Of a stretch of 64,000 nucleotides of DNA, positions 1-12,680 are shown one piece after another (position 1 is the first letter of the stretch; every line of letters starts with the position of its first letter). This DNA comes from Octopus sinensis (Eukaryota), in assembly GCF_006345805.1 (NCBI RefSeq), contig NC_043024.1, positions 19,592,001-19,656,000 of the forward strand. Reading direction: 5' to 3'. Under the pieces are notes generated by a model. That model saw nothing but the letters and a program-made list of their open reading frames with translations. It ran no database searches and was not told the origin of the DNA. A program made the translations under genes and the position numbers.

Positions 1-395
1 AACTTCATACCCACTTGGCCATGCCTGAATCATCACCATCATCACCATCATCTTCTTCTTCTTCTTCTTCTTCTTCTTCTTCTTCTTTTTCTTCTTCTTC
101 ATTGTTTGCTTTCTTCTTCGTTTTCCTCTTCGTTTTCTTCTTCTTTCTTTCTTCTTCTTTCTTCTTCTTCTTCTTCTTCTTCTTTCTTCTTCTTCTTTCT
201 TCTTCTTTCTTTCTTCTTCTTTCTTCTTCTTCTTCTTCTTCTTCTTCCTTTTAGTTCTTCTTTGCTTTCTTCTTCATTCTTCTTCATTCTTCTTCATTCA
301 TCTTCTTCTTCTTCTTCTTCTTCTTCATTCATTCATTCTTCTTCTCTTCTTCTTCTTCTTCTTCTTCTTCTTCTTCATTCTTCTTTTTCTTCAAT
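1..395. repeat. (TTC)n microsatellite (the (GAA)n tail of the adjacent RTE on -)
   Basis: Visible TTC array contiguous with the RTE 3' end. Confidence 0.95.
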
Positions 396-1000
396 CCTTA
401 GCTGGCAACCAGAAGGGGTGGCTGATGTGGGTACTGCTGGATGACAAACTCTGCTGAGGATGTTATTCCATGCTTGCCAACCCATTCTGCTGGCATCAGC
501 ACACACTCGAGGTCGAAGCTCTGCAACTTCAGGTCTACCTCAATTTGCTTCCACATGTCTTCTTTGATGTGTTGCATTGGATTCTTTGATGCATCGTCAC
601 TGGCACCACAAAATTTGGTGTGATAGTCTTCTAGTGTTCATCCTGCAGATATGGCCAAACCACTGTAGCCAATGCTGGAGTTGGTCATCAATGGTCAGCT
701 GCTGCTGTTGGCTTTGTTCCTGGATGTTGTTGCTTGAGATGTGGTCATGTAGGGAGACACCTATGATCTCATGACAATATTGCATCTGAAGCATCTCGAG
801 TTTGTTCAGGCCTTGTTTGAAGACGGTCCAAGTCTCAGCACTGTTGAGGGTGACAGGCAAAACCAGCATGTGGAAAAGACAGATCTTGGTCCTTAGGGAG
901 ATGTTGGGCTTCTTCCAGACACACCATTGAAGGGTTATGAACACAGAAGTGACAGACCTAATTCAGCAGGTGATCTCTACTCCTGAAACCACTGTCTTCT
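396..1000 (-). mobile_element. RTE-clade LINE 3' fragment, degenerate
   Basis: ORF 597-944: LRTKICLFHMLVLPVTLNSAETW...LQWFGHICRMNTRRLSHQILW, the typical post-RT region of RTE elements; ends in a GAA tail. Confidence 0.8.
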
Positions 1001-1100
1001 CTGCAACCATCAACGAAACAAAATGAGAACAGTGAGATGTCACGTACCTTCAGCATAGAGTCATAGTGATGTGACCACAAAAACTTTGGAAACCCATTTT

Positions 1101-1530
1101 TTAACCCATTAGAATTTAACCCTGCCACATCTGGCCAAAATACTCAATACATTTTATGTTCAAACTGGCTCCACCTGGCTTCTCACTCCTGCCCTACTAT
1201 GTCATTCTAAAAATAAACAATTTCATCATCAAAATCTCAAAGCTATGAAATTATGTATGATAAATTAAAAAGAATGAGATGAAATAAGCATTGCCTTTCA
1301 CAGAACAATCCGAATGCTAAAAGGTTAAACCAACCATATCAGACCCAAATATTTCAACCTGTTTTTATGTTCAGCCTAGCCACATCCAGCCTCTCACACC
1401 TACCTTACACTGTCATTCTACGAATAGACAACCCCATCATTGAAATCTCAAAGCTTCAAGATAAGACATGATTAATTCAAAGCAACGTGAATAAACAAGC
1501 ATTTCTTTGACAGAGTAATTTGAAAGCTGA
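1101..1530. mobile_element. piggyBac-like MITE (TTAA-CCC...GG-TTAA) plus an abutting second degenerate copy
   Basis: TTAAcccattagaat at 1101 and atgctaaaaggTTAA at about 1314-1328; the internal sequence is repeated at 1330-1530. Confidence 0.55.
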
Positions 1531-2096
1531 AGAATTAGATGTTCTACTTTTCTGTATCATTTTAGTGCACAGACTTGTACAATTCCAAACTTGGTAAACT
1601 CAAAGACATGTCTGTATCCATATTCTTCTTAGTTACGGTGAGGATTCTTTAAGAAAAGAAAACCTAGTTTTATATTCGTTTTATATAATTTCCGTTCTTT
1701 AGAATGAGGAATTGTTGAAAACGCCAACCTCTGTGTTATTGCTTCTATTTTTAACTTATTTCATGTTCTTCAAAATATCAAATCACTGTTTCTCACTCAA
1801 TATGTTTGGCACCAAATAAAACCATCACATTTTAAATGAATTTTCATTTAAAACGATTTTATGTAACAATTTTATTAAGACTTCTTAAAATAGACTTTTT
1901 TAATAGCAAATTTTAGATTCTTGCAATTAAATTTAAATACTAACCTTATGCACCGATGTAGTGCAAACATAGCTGTGTGGTTAAGAACTTTGCTTTGCAA
2001 CTGCATGGTTACAAGTTCAATCTCACTGGAGAGTAGCCTGACAAATATTTTCTATTATAGGCTTGGGTAAATTTATTTTTGGAAAATGTATAGAAT

Positions 2097-2293
2097 AGGC
2101 GCAGGAGTGGCTGTGTGGTAAGTAGCTTGCTTGCCAACCACATGGTTCTGGGTTCATTCCCACTGTGTGGCACCTTGGGAAAGTGTCTTCTACTATAGCC
2201 TCGGGCCGACCAAAGCCTTGCGAGTGGATTTGGTATACGAAAACTGAAAGGCCCGTCGTATATATATATGTATATATATATATATATATATAC

Positions 2294-2352
<59 letters not shown>

Positions 2353-2476
2353 TGTGTGTGTGTATGTATGTGGGTATATATGTTTGTGTCTGTCTTTGTT
2401 CCCCCCAACATCGCTTGACAACTGATGCTGGTGTGTTTACGTCCCCGTACCTTAGCAGTTCGGCAAAAGAGCCCGA
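2097..2476 (+). mobile_element. Major tRNA-derived SINE (family A), 3'-truncated
   Basis: A-box-like GGCTGTGTGGTAAG, B-box-like GGTTCANTCC, CORE-like ACCTTGGG(C/A)AAGT, internal (TA)n(TG)n. Confidence 0.85.
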
Positions 2477-2757
2477 AGAAAATTAAGAAACTCTGAATGC
2501 AAGACAACAAGAATAAGAATTGAGAAAATTAGACCTTTAATTGGTGATTGCACCTCGCAATACCAGTGATCTTTTCTGTAGTATCAACATATTCAGAGAG
2601 AGGAAATATCAGTCAAATTAATATATCCGGAAATATATGTTAACACAATGTTATCAAGGCAATCCAAAATTGGTTAAATTCATAATGAACTAAGAAAATA
2701 GTTCCAGGAGACGAATGTATACAAAAAATGTTTAAAAATGTTAAAAAATGTTAGGAA

Positions 2758-3180
2758 AGGCGTAGGAGTGGCTGTGTGGTAAGTAGCTTGCTTACGAACC
2801 ACATGGTCCCGGGTTCAGTCCCACTGCGTGACACCTTGAGCAAGTGTCTTCTACTATAACCTCAGGCTGACCAAAACCTTGTGAGTGGATTTGGTAGACG
2901 GAAACTGAAAGAAGCTCGTCGTATATATGTATATATACATGTGTGTGTGTGTGTGTGTGTGTGTTTGAGTGTCTGTGCTTGTCCCCCCCCCCAACATCGC
3001 TTGACAACCGATGCTGGTGTGTTTACGTCCCTGTAACTTAGCAGTTCAGCAAAAGAGTCCGATAGAATAAGTACTAGGCTTACAAAGAATAAGTCCCGGG
3101 GTCGATTTGTTCAACTAAAGGCGGTGCTCCAGCATGGCCGCAGTCAAATGACTGAAACAAGTAAAAGAGTAAAGAGTAAA
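2758..3180 (+). mobile_element. SINE family A, full length
   Basis: Same head and body; tail (GTAAAAGA)n. Confidence 0.9.
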
Positions 3181-3369
3181 TATATTTTAAGAAAGCCAAT
3201 TTAACTTTTGATGATATCAGTACATATTGAAAGAATAAAAGAATAAAAAGATGAATTCTGCATAAAGACAATCAGAAACATAGGAATTCTATGTCATGAC
3301 AATTAGTTATCTATCAATTAAATATGCTAAACATTTTTTAGAAAAATTATATATTATATGAAAAGCAGT

Positions 3370-4270
3370 TATAATTAATGGATTATTTAGAATTGAAATA
3401 TTTAAATGTTTTTCTATAGTTGTGAGAATATTTTGATGTAAAATTACCTTTATAATTTAATAATATTAATTTAGACATAATTATATTACACATTTCCTCA
3501 AGGCAAAGATTACAATTAAAATTACCAGTATTATATGATGGTGCGTACCTAATGGAACACTTTAAATGATACTTAATTTTCTTATCTTTTAAATCCCAAA
3601 TGCATTTACTAAAATTTGGAGATTTACATTTGAGAATAATTATGAAATTGAGATTTCCAAATTGTAGCAGATGCACCTATGTAATAATACGTATGGTCCC
3701 CTGTTATTACATTACATTGATACACTGTATTTTTCCTAAAACACTGATTTTGTAAAGGACATATAATTTTGTTTTTAAAATTACAAATTGCATATATTCA
3801 CTTGTATGTGGCACTCATGTTTAAAAGAATTAATACAAATCCTCCACTCAAAAGTAGGTATTAAGGCAGGATTATTAGTATTATAATTAATATTATTACT
3901 AGGTGTTATCTTAACTGTATTATCAGAGTTGGAATTACTTTCACTTAAAGAATTGAAATTATTTCAGGAAGATTATCATTAGAGTAAATTTCACAATACA
4001 TATTAATTATTTTATTCTTGTTTATTGATTTAGGATTGAGATATTTCCTAATTCCCTATTTAATGTGCGCTACTATAATCTCAGTTAAATTTTTGGTGGA
4101 AAAATATGAAGTTTTATACTATGACAATTGAATAATTTCCCATATTTCTTGAAAGGGAGAAAAATTTATCCAGCGCAGCAAAGAATTTCTGAGGAATATG
4201 GGTAGCTCTGAAATATGTGAATGGTGCATTATACCAGATAATATTCCTTTGTTTTGTCTTTCTATTATAT
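3370..4270 (-). mobile_element. Penelope-like element relic (GIY-YIG endonuclease region), frameshifted
   Basis: Minus-strand peptides in order: RKTKQRNIIWYNAPF; CPLQNQCL...YYYIG; SKCIWDLKDKKIKY...APSYNTGNFNCNLCLEE. These match the PLE linker, GIY-YIG and C-terminal motifs. Confidence 0.8.
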
Positions 4271-4344
4271 ATATATATATATATATGTAAGCAATAATAA
4301 ATCTCTGAGCAAGGTATAAACAGTAGCTGCAACACATCGTGAAG

Positions 4345-4452
4345 TATATTTGCCACTTATATGTGGCTAACCCCTAAGGATGGATGCTACTGTAGCTTGT
4401 AGCCCAGGAGCATCCACCCTTAGGGGTTAGCCACATTTAAGTGGTAAATATA
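4345..4452. repeat. 108-bp hairpin (44-bp arms, 3 mismatches, 20-nt loop); small MITE or hairpin RNA
   Basis: Arms 4345-4388 and 4409-4452 are reverse-complementary. Confidence 0.85.
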
Positions 4453-5340
4453 ATTCATGATATATATATATATATATATGTATATACATACATATACATA
4501 TATATGTGTGTGTGTGTGTCTCTGTGTATATACATACACACACACACATATATATATATATGTGTGTGTGTGTGTCTGTGTATATACATGCATACATATA
4601 TATATGTGTTTTTTTAGTATTAACATTATTAATATGAGATTTTCTCCTGGTGTAATCTTTATACTTAAAGTCATACATATCTATCTATTCAATATTCTAA
4701 GCATTTTCATAAAAGTTACAATCATTCTTGACTGAATATGTTTTTTTTCTTTATGTATGTTTTTATACTGATCTAAAAACTTGTGTACTTTCTTTTGTGT
4801 CCCTTTATGATGCACTTGCAACCTCCTAAGTTCAAACATTGCCCACCAGATTTGACTACAATGGGCTGCATGTGCTTAAGCAGAACAATGTAGGATCCAA
4901 AAATTTAATCACGGACAGAAAAGGCATTGTGTTGGTCCCTTTGCACTGCTTTCAGTGCTGCTAACTTCTTACTGCCCTCCTTACTCACATTTAGGGGTTT
5001 AGGGGTTTAGTTTGTCAAAGAGTTGAGGTTTCATTCTTCGTTATAGATGATCTGTCCCCTTTACCAACAATTTCCACTCCTATAAAGTGAAGCCACACTT
5101 TTTCAAATTCCCTTTAAGTACATAGGTGTGGCTACATGATTAAGAAGTCTACTTCTCAACCACAAGATTTTTGGTTCAATCCCACAGCTTGGCACTTTGT
5201 GCAAGTGTCTTTTACTATAGCTCCAAGATGACCAAAGCATTGTGAATGGTCTTGGAAGATTAAAATGAGAAGGAACAAATTGTGTGTGTGTGTGTGCGTG
5301 TGTGTGTGTGTGTGTGTGTCCTTGTCTTGACAGTATGTGA

Positions 5341-5518
5341 TTACTCTTTTACTCTTTTACTTGTTTCAGTCATTTGACTGCGGCCATGCTGGAGCACCGC
5401 CTTTAATCGAGCAACACTTATTCTATCGGCCTCTTTTGCTGAACCGCTATGTAATGGGGACATAAACACACCAGCATTGGTTGTCAAGCAATGCTAGGGG
5501 GACAAACACACACACGCA

Positions 5519-5551
<33 letters not shown>

Positions 5552-5718
5552 TATACGACGGGCTTCTTTCAGTTTCCCTCTACCAAATCCACTCACAAGG
5601 CTTTGGTTGGCCCGAGGCTATAGTAGAAGACACTTGCCCAAAGTGCCATGCAGTGGGACTGAACCCGGAACCATGTGGTTGGTAAGCAAGCTACTTACCA
5701 CACAGCCACTCCTGTGCC
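5341..5718 (-). mobile_element. SINE family A
   Basis: Reverse complement of the family A consensus seen in this window. Confidence 0.9.
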
Positions 5719-6959
5719 TGATTGCTGTAAATGAATGTTGTTTGTTTCCAATATTCTACGCAAACATGTCTGACCACGAGAAAATATTACCTTATTTGGA
5801 AACTGATAAGAGTTGGTGGTTAGAAGGACATCCCACTGAAGAAACACTACCTCTGTAAACTTCATCCAATCCATCCATGGAAGCATAGAAAAATTGATGC
5901 TAAAGCAATCATGATGATGATGATGATGATGATATGTGTTCAAAACTCCTTCCTTGTTCTCACATCCTTCATCTGAGAATAAAACAGCGTTTTGAGTAAC
6001 CAATGGTCTATAGTTCACTAAACATGACCAGTCTATCAAAGCTGGTGCCATATAGTCAGAGTGCCAATGCCAAAGATATTGGCTGGTTATATTACACTGG
6101 CACTTTTCATTATATTCTATCACTAGATCATCGTCAGCATCATTATCATCATTTTAACGTCTGTTTTCCCATGTTTGCATGAGTTAGATTGAATACATTA
6201 AGACAGATTTTCTCTTAGGCGGGATGCCCTTCTTGTCACCAACCCTCACCTGTTTGTGAGTAAGTTAATATTCCCCCATGGCTGCACATATTTTCATAGT
6301 AGATTGCAAATGAAGAGCACTACTCATATGATGATGATGACACCTCATTACAACAATCCCGTGAAGATATGACAGGGAGACAACAACTCTCACACACAAA
6401 CACACATTTGTACACATGTTTTAACTTGCCATGAAATATTCTGAAGTGTAGCCTGTTGGTTATGTTACAGCACAATTATACATAAGTGTGTATCTCTGTA
6501 TATATTTGTTTGTTTATTTATATGTGTGATGGATGATGTAGCATTGATTACGTAATTAACATAGATTACAAAATAGCTGTCAATGAATTGAACAAGCATC
6601 TGTTCTCTCATTTTTCTTATTTAATGTTCCACTGCATGACCCCTTGAGCAAGTGTCCTCTACTATAGCCTCAGGTTGACCAAAACCTTGTGAATGGACTT
6701 GGTAAATGGAAACTAAAAGAAGCCCATCACACATATATGTGTGTGTGCATCCACACTACCTGACAATAGGTGTTGGTGTGTTTACATCCCTGTAATTTAG
6801 CATTGGGGGAAAAGAGACCAATAAAATAAGTAGCAGGTTGAAGAAAAACATGTCTTAGGCTCAATTCTTTCAACTACGTAAAATTCTTTGAGACAAGGTC
6901 TCAGCAAGGCCACATGCATTACAATGACTGAAACAAGTAAAAGAATATATATATATAAT

Positions 6960-7258
6960 AATTAGAAAACCCACCTTTTATCAATTCAAAATGAACAATT
7001 AAAGTACACCATCTAGAAAATTACATATAATAGAAATACTAAAATTAAAATAACAATAATATACCGATGATTATGTAAATTGCAAAATAATAATAAAAAA
7101 CATCAAATATATTCGTTTTTATTATTATTTTGCAATTTACTTAATCATCAGCATATTATTGTTATTTTAATTTTAATATTTCTATTACGTGTAAAATTTC
7201 TAGATGGTGTAATTTAATTGTTCATTTTGAATTGATAAAAGGTAGGTTTTTCTCAATT
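6960..7258. repeat. AT-rich inverted repeat, about 140-bp arms, 13-nt spacer, formed by two copies of a dispersed repeat
   Basis: 6960-7101 vs 7115-7258, roughly 90% identical by eye; single-arm copies at about 19110-19335 and about 37996-38060. Confidence 0.85.
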
Positions 7259-7368
7259 TTATATATTTATATATTATATTTTGTGAAATTTGATTTAGTG
7301 TTTCTAAATTGAAATTTTCCCTGTAAGTTAGGAATAGTATTTCCTCAATTAATTATTATTTTTATAAT

Positions 7369-7447
<79 letters not shown>

Positions 7448-7916
7448 GATGCGCTTCTTTCAGTTTCCATCTACCAAATCCACTAACAAGGCATTTGACA
7501 GCTTAGAACCATATTAAAAAAATAATAAAAAACACTTTCCTGAGGTGCAATACTGAGACTGAACCCTGAACCAAGCAGTTGAGAAACCAACATCTTAACC
7601 ACTGCTACCCCTACTTCTGGATGCTCATGATTATTCTGAGACATCTCTGGTGCTATAATTTATATACCATAAATATAATCTACATTAAAAAAAAAACCCA
7701 TTTATTATCAATGTTGTCTCAAACATAGCATTTATTGGGCAAGTAATTGTACAATAAAAGTCAGGCGTCTGTTCAAAATAGGAAAATAAAAATGTGACAG
7801 AGACAATGCGTATCTTTTTTGCTATGTTATTATCATTCGCTTAATTATTTTTTTATTTTCGTTATATATATATATCATCATCGTTTAGCGTCTGCTTTCC
7901 ATGCTAGCATGGGTTG

Positions 7917-7949
<33 letters not shown>

Positions 7950-7951
<2 letters not shown>

Positions 7952-8168
7952 CTCTTTTACTCTTTTCGGTCATTTGACTGTGGCCATGCTGGAGCACCGC
8001 CTTTAGTCGAGCAGCTTGACTCCGGGACTTATTCTTTTTGTTAGCCCAGTACTTATTCTATCGGTCTCTTTTTGCCGAACCGCTAAGTGACGGGAACGTA
8101 AACACACCAGCATCGGTTGTCAAGCGATGTTGGGGGGACAAACACAGACACACAAACATATACACACG

Positions 8169-8204
<36 letters not shown>

Positions 8205-8364
8205 AGGCTTCTTTCAGTTTCCATCTACCAAATCCACTCACAAGGTATTGGTCGGCCCGGGGCTATAGCAGATGACACTTGCCCAAGATGCCACGCAGTG
8301 GGATTGAACCCGGAACCATGTGGTTGGTTAGCAAGCTACTTACCACACAGCCACTCCTGCGCCT
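7950..8364 (-). mobile_element. SINE family A
   Basis: Full head to tail on -. Confidence 0.9.
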
Positions 8365-8642
8365 ATATATATATTGTTTTGAAATTTGGTAATGGTATGA
8401 GTGGGGTTAAATTTTGTTCCACAACTTTGTGGTCTAGGTAACTAGGTTCAGTGACTTCTGTGGTAGTCTTAAGAAAACAAATGTCTTCTGAGAAGAATTT
8501 TGGTACTGGATATTGTGTAGTGGAAGCTTGCTACAAAGACAGATATATAGGCGGTCGGGTAGATGAATTAGATACATTAAAAAGATAGATAGATAGATAG
8601 ATAGATAGAGACAGAAAGAGAGAAAAATGATAGATAGATAGA

Positions 8643-9041
8643 TAGGAGTGGCTGTGTGGTAAGTAACTTGCTAACCAACCACATGGTTCCGGGTTCAGTC
8701 CCACTGCGTGGCATTTTGGGCAAGTGTCTTCTGCTATAGCCCCGGGCCGATCAATGCTTTGTGAGTGGATTTGGTAGATGGAAACTGAAAGAAGCCTGTC
8801 GTATATATGTATATATATGTATGTGTGTGTGTGTTTGTGTGTCTGTGTTTGTTCCCCTAGCATTGCTTAACAACCAATGCTGGTGTGTTTATGTCCCCGT
8901 AATCTAGCGGTTCGGCAAAAGAGACCGATAGAATAAGTACTGGTCTTACAAAGAATAAGTCCCCGAGGTCGATTTGCTCGACTAAAGGCGGTGCTCCAGC
9001 ATGGCTGCAGTCAAATGACTGAAACAAGTAAAAGAGAAAAG
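8643..9041 (+). mobile_element. SINE family A
   Basis: Full head to tail; flanked by (GATA)n. Confidence 0.9.
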
Positions 9042-9062
9042 AGAGAAAGAGAAATAGATAGG

Positions 9063-9105
<43 letters not shown>

Positions 9106-10439
9106 AGAATGAGAGAGAGAGAGAGAGGGATAAGTTGATAGTTACTTAGCAACCTAGATAGATGAATGGACAAATGGACAGACAGGTAGCTGCAGGAAAA
9201 CCTTTGTGGTGAGAAGTTTGCTTTCCAACCACATGGTTCCAGGTTCAGTCCCACTGCATGGCACCTTGCGGCAAGTGTCTTCTACTATAACTTCGAGTCA
9301 ACGAAAGTTTTGTTAGTCGATTTGGTAGACAGAAACTGAAAGAAGCCTGTGAAAATGATTTGTTTCTGCTACGAGTGATACATGATTGCATATTTTGTGA
9401 TTAGTGAAGGTGCATGGTTCAATGGTTAGGGATTCAGCTCACAATTGTAAGGTGAAGAGTTCGATTCCTGCTGGTGCTTTGTGTCCTTAAGCAAGACACT
9501 CTATTTCACATTGCTGCAGTCCACTCGGCTGGCAAACATGCATAGTAATTGTATATGAAGGGGCTATACTATTTCTTTACTACCCACAAGGGGCTAAACA
9601 TAGAGTGGACAAACAAGGATAGACAAACGGATTAAGTCGATTACATCGACCCCAGTACGTAACTGGTACTTAATTTATCGACCCCGAAAGGATGAAAGGC
9701 AAAGTCGACCTCGGCGGAATTTGAACTCAGAACATAACAGCAGACGAAATACTTCTAAGCATTTCGTCTGGTGTGCTAACGTTTCTGCCAGCTCGCCACC
9801 TTCTTTTTTTGTATATGAAGGGGATATCCTTGTCACATTTTGTGGCAAGCTGAATTTCTTTGAGAACTACATTAAGGGTATGCACGTCTGTGGTGTACTC
9901 AGCCACTTACAGTTTAATTTCCTGAGTAAGCTGTTCTATGGATTTTATTTTTAGCATCCTTTGAACCTTGGGAAATATGCTGTGCTTCAGAAAACCCATC
10001 AAACCAAATGAAATGATAGTCATAACTGATGCCAGCGTCGAGTAACTGATACCCATGCTGGTGGCACGTAAAAAGCACCCTTTGAACTTTGGGCCTCACG
10101 GATGCAGTGACGAGTGAGACCTTTGGTGATACACCATGCTTGAGAAGACCTGTCAAGCCAAGTGAGATCACAGACGTGACTGATGCCAGTGTTATATAAC
10201 TGGCACCCACTAAACTCATGGAGTGGTTGGCATTAGGAAGAGCATCCGGCCATAGAAACGATGGCTAATCAGATTGAAACCTGGTACAGCTTCCCAGCTT
10301 ACCAGTCTTCAGTCAAATTGTCCAACCCATGCCAGCATGGAAAACGGACGTTAAATGATGATGAGGAGGAGGAAAGGGAGGAGGAAGTTAAACAAAGTTT
10401 CATATTATATATTATATATTATATATTCAACATCAATGG

Positions 10440-10850
10440 AAATTGTAGCTGTGATACCAGTGCCGGTGGCACATAAAAGAACCATCCGAACGTGGCCGTT
10501 GCCAGCGCTGGCTCGACTGGCTTCCGTGCCGGTGGCACATAAAAAGCACCATCCGATTGTGGCCATTGCCAGCCTCTCATGGCCTCCGTGCCGGTGGCAC
10601 ATAAAAAGCACCATCCGCTCGTGGCCGTTTGCCAGCCTCGTCTGGCAGCTGTGCCGGTGGCATGTAAAAAGCACCCACTACACTCACGGAGTGGTCGGCG
10701 TTAGGAAGGGCATCCAGCTGTAGAAACATTGTCAGATCAGACTGGGCCTGGTGCTGCCTTCTGGCGTCCCAGATCCCGGTTGCACCGTCCAACCCATGCC
10801 AGCATGGAAAGCGGATGCTAAACGATGATGATGATGATGATGATGATGAT
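10440..10850 (+). mobile_element. (GAT)n-tailed retroposon with internal 62-66-bp tandem repeats (related copies at about 10100-10375, 27480-27720, 31520-31920, 38170-38400, 57245-57960, 60120-60440)
   Basis: Shared 3' end AGGAAGGGCATCCAGCTGTAGAAAC...CCAACCCATGCCAGCATGGAAAGCGGAYGYTAAACGATGATGAT. Confidence 0.75.
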
Positions 10851-11179
10851 ATTTGAGAAGATAAATAAAGTCTGTTGATTAGATATCATTATTCCTGTTC
10901 ATGCAACGTCTTGCCAGAAATAAATGAATACTGAAAATGCTTCCCCTGGGCAACAAAGCAAGGAAAGCTTGCTATTAGAACATGCTCACAAATGATTGCT
11001 GATCTTCCACAAACAACCTTGCCCAGACTTGTTCCTCAAAGGGGAACTTTCTAGGTGGAAACCTATGGTCATTCATAACCAAAGGAGTTCTTTACTTTTA
11101 TATGATTAACATGGGTTATGAAACAGCTGTTAAGTAATTGAATAAACATCAATTTTCTCATTTTGCTTATCTGATTTTC

Positions 11180-11873
11180 CACTGCACGGCACCTTCAGCA
11201 AGTGTCTTCTACTATAACCACAGGCCAACCAAAACCTTGTGAGTGGATTTAGTAGGGAGAAACTGAAAGAAGCCCATCATATGAGTGCAGGAGTGGCTGT
11301 GTGGTAAGTAGTTTGCTTACCAACCACATGGTCTCGGGTTCAGTCCCACTGCATGGGACCTTGGGCAAGTGTCTTCTACTATAGCCTCGGGCCGACCAAA
11401 ACCTTGTGAGCGGATTTGGTAGACGGAAATTGTAAGAAGCCCATCGTATATATGTATATATATGTGTGTGTGTGTGTGTTTGTCCCCTCCAACATCGCAT
11501 TGACAACCGAACTGAAAAAAGCCTGTCATATATATGTGATATATGTATATATGTATATATGATATATATATATATATACATATATATATAAATTATAATA
11601 TATAGACACATATATATATATATATATATATATAACATATATATTATATATATATATTATATATGTATGTGTGTGTGCTTGTCCCCCCAACATCGCTTGA
11701 CAACCGATGCTGGGTGTGTTTACGTCACCGTAACTTAGTGGTTCGGCAAAAGAAACCGATAGAATAAGTACTAGGCTTACAAAGAATAATTCTGGGGTCG
11801 ATTTGCTTGAATACAGGCGGTGCTCCGGCATGGCCACTGTCAAATGACTGAAACAAGTAAAAGAGTAAAGAGT
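11180..11873 (+). mobile_element. SINE family A composite (partially duplicated/nested copies) ending 54 nt upstream of exon 1
   Basis: Body segment repeated at about 11180, 11285 and 11510. Confidence 0.85.
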
Positions 11874-11927
11874 ATATGTATATGTATTTATTTAATTCAA
11901 TTCTTCTTTTTTTTTGTGTATTTCCAG

Positions 11928-12209
11928 AATTTGTTCGCTATCCACAAAATGCCGTTGTGAACCTCGGTCAATCATCATTCACACTAAGCTGCCTTGCAAA
12001 ATCGCCACAAAAAAATAAACTTCACTACGAATGGACACTGAATGGCCATGATGTCCGTAGTCAACCTGATGGTCGTGACCAGACAGGCCCTTCATTAGTT
12101 CTGCATAATGTTCGCCACGGTGATTATGGCTGGTACCAATGCATTGTCAGTGATCCAGTAAACAAAGAAGAGAAAGTGGTGTCCCCCAAGGCATATGTCA
12201 TTCAACCAT
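11928..12209 (+). CDS. Internal coding exon, Ig (I-set) domain 1 of an IgSF receptor (Robo/PTK7/CDON/hemicentin-like; exact family unresolved)
   Basis: Acceptor ttttttgtgtatttccAG at 11926-27 and donor GTacgt at 12210; 282 nt, phase 1-1. Translation (E)FVRYPQNAVVNLGQSSFTLSC...YEWTLNG...GDYGWYQCIVSD...PKAYVIQP has the Ig C...W...DxGxYxC pattern. Confidence 0.9.
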
Positions 12210-12613
12210 GTACGTATAAAACCTATTTCTTTATTGCCCGCGAGGGGCTAAATATAGAGGGGACAAACAAGGACAGACATGGGTATTAAGTCGATTATAT
12301 CGACTCCAGTGCGTAACTGGTACTTAATTTATCGACCCCGAAAGAATGAAAGGTAAAGCTGACCTTGGTAGAATTTGAACTGAGAATGTAAAGACAGATG
12401 AAAGGCCATTAAGTACTTTTGCCTGGCATGCTAACAATTCTCCAAGCTTGCTACTATCTTTTTTATTATAAAGGCAGTGAGAGTTCAAATGATGCCAAGG
12501 CTGGCTTTGTCTTCGATCATTTCAAGGTCCGTGAAATAGTTGGAAACTGGAATCAGTGGAATCAACTAGCTCTCTTTCACTAAATTTCAGGCCTTGAGCC
12601 TATAGCAGAAAGA

Positions 12614-12679
<66 letters not shown>

Positions 12680-12680
<1 letters not shown>

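Noticed and set aside
2097-2170. tRNA-like A/B boxes (here and in all SINE heads)
   Set aside because: No complete cloverleaf; they continue into SINE bodies, so they are not tRNA genes.
4990-5012. TTAGGGG/TTTAGGGG telomere-like repeats
   Set aside because: Only about 2.5 imperfect units; not TTAGGG arrays.
11876-12289. ORF-track starts and ends for the Ig ORFs (11876, 14357, 54665) as real start codons
   Set aside because: Splice sites define internal exons; the ORF extensions are intronic or SINE sequence.
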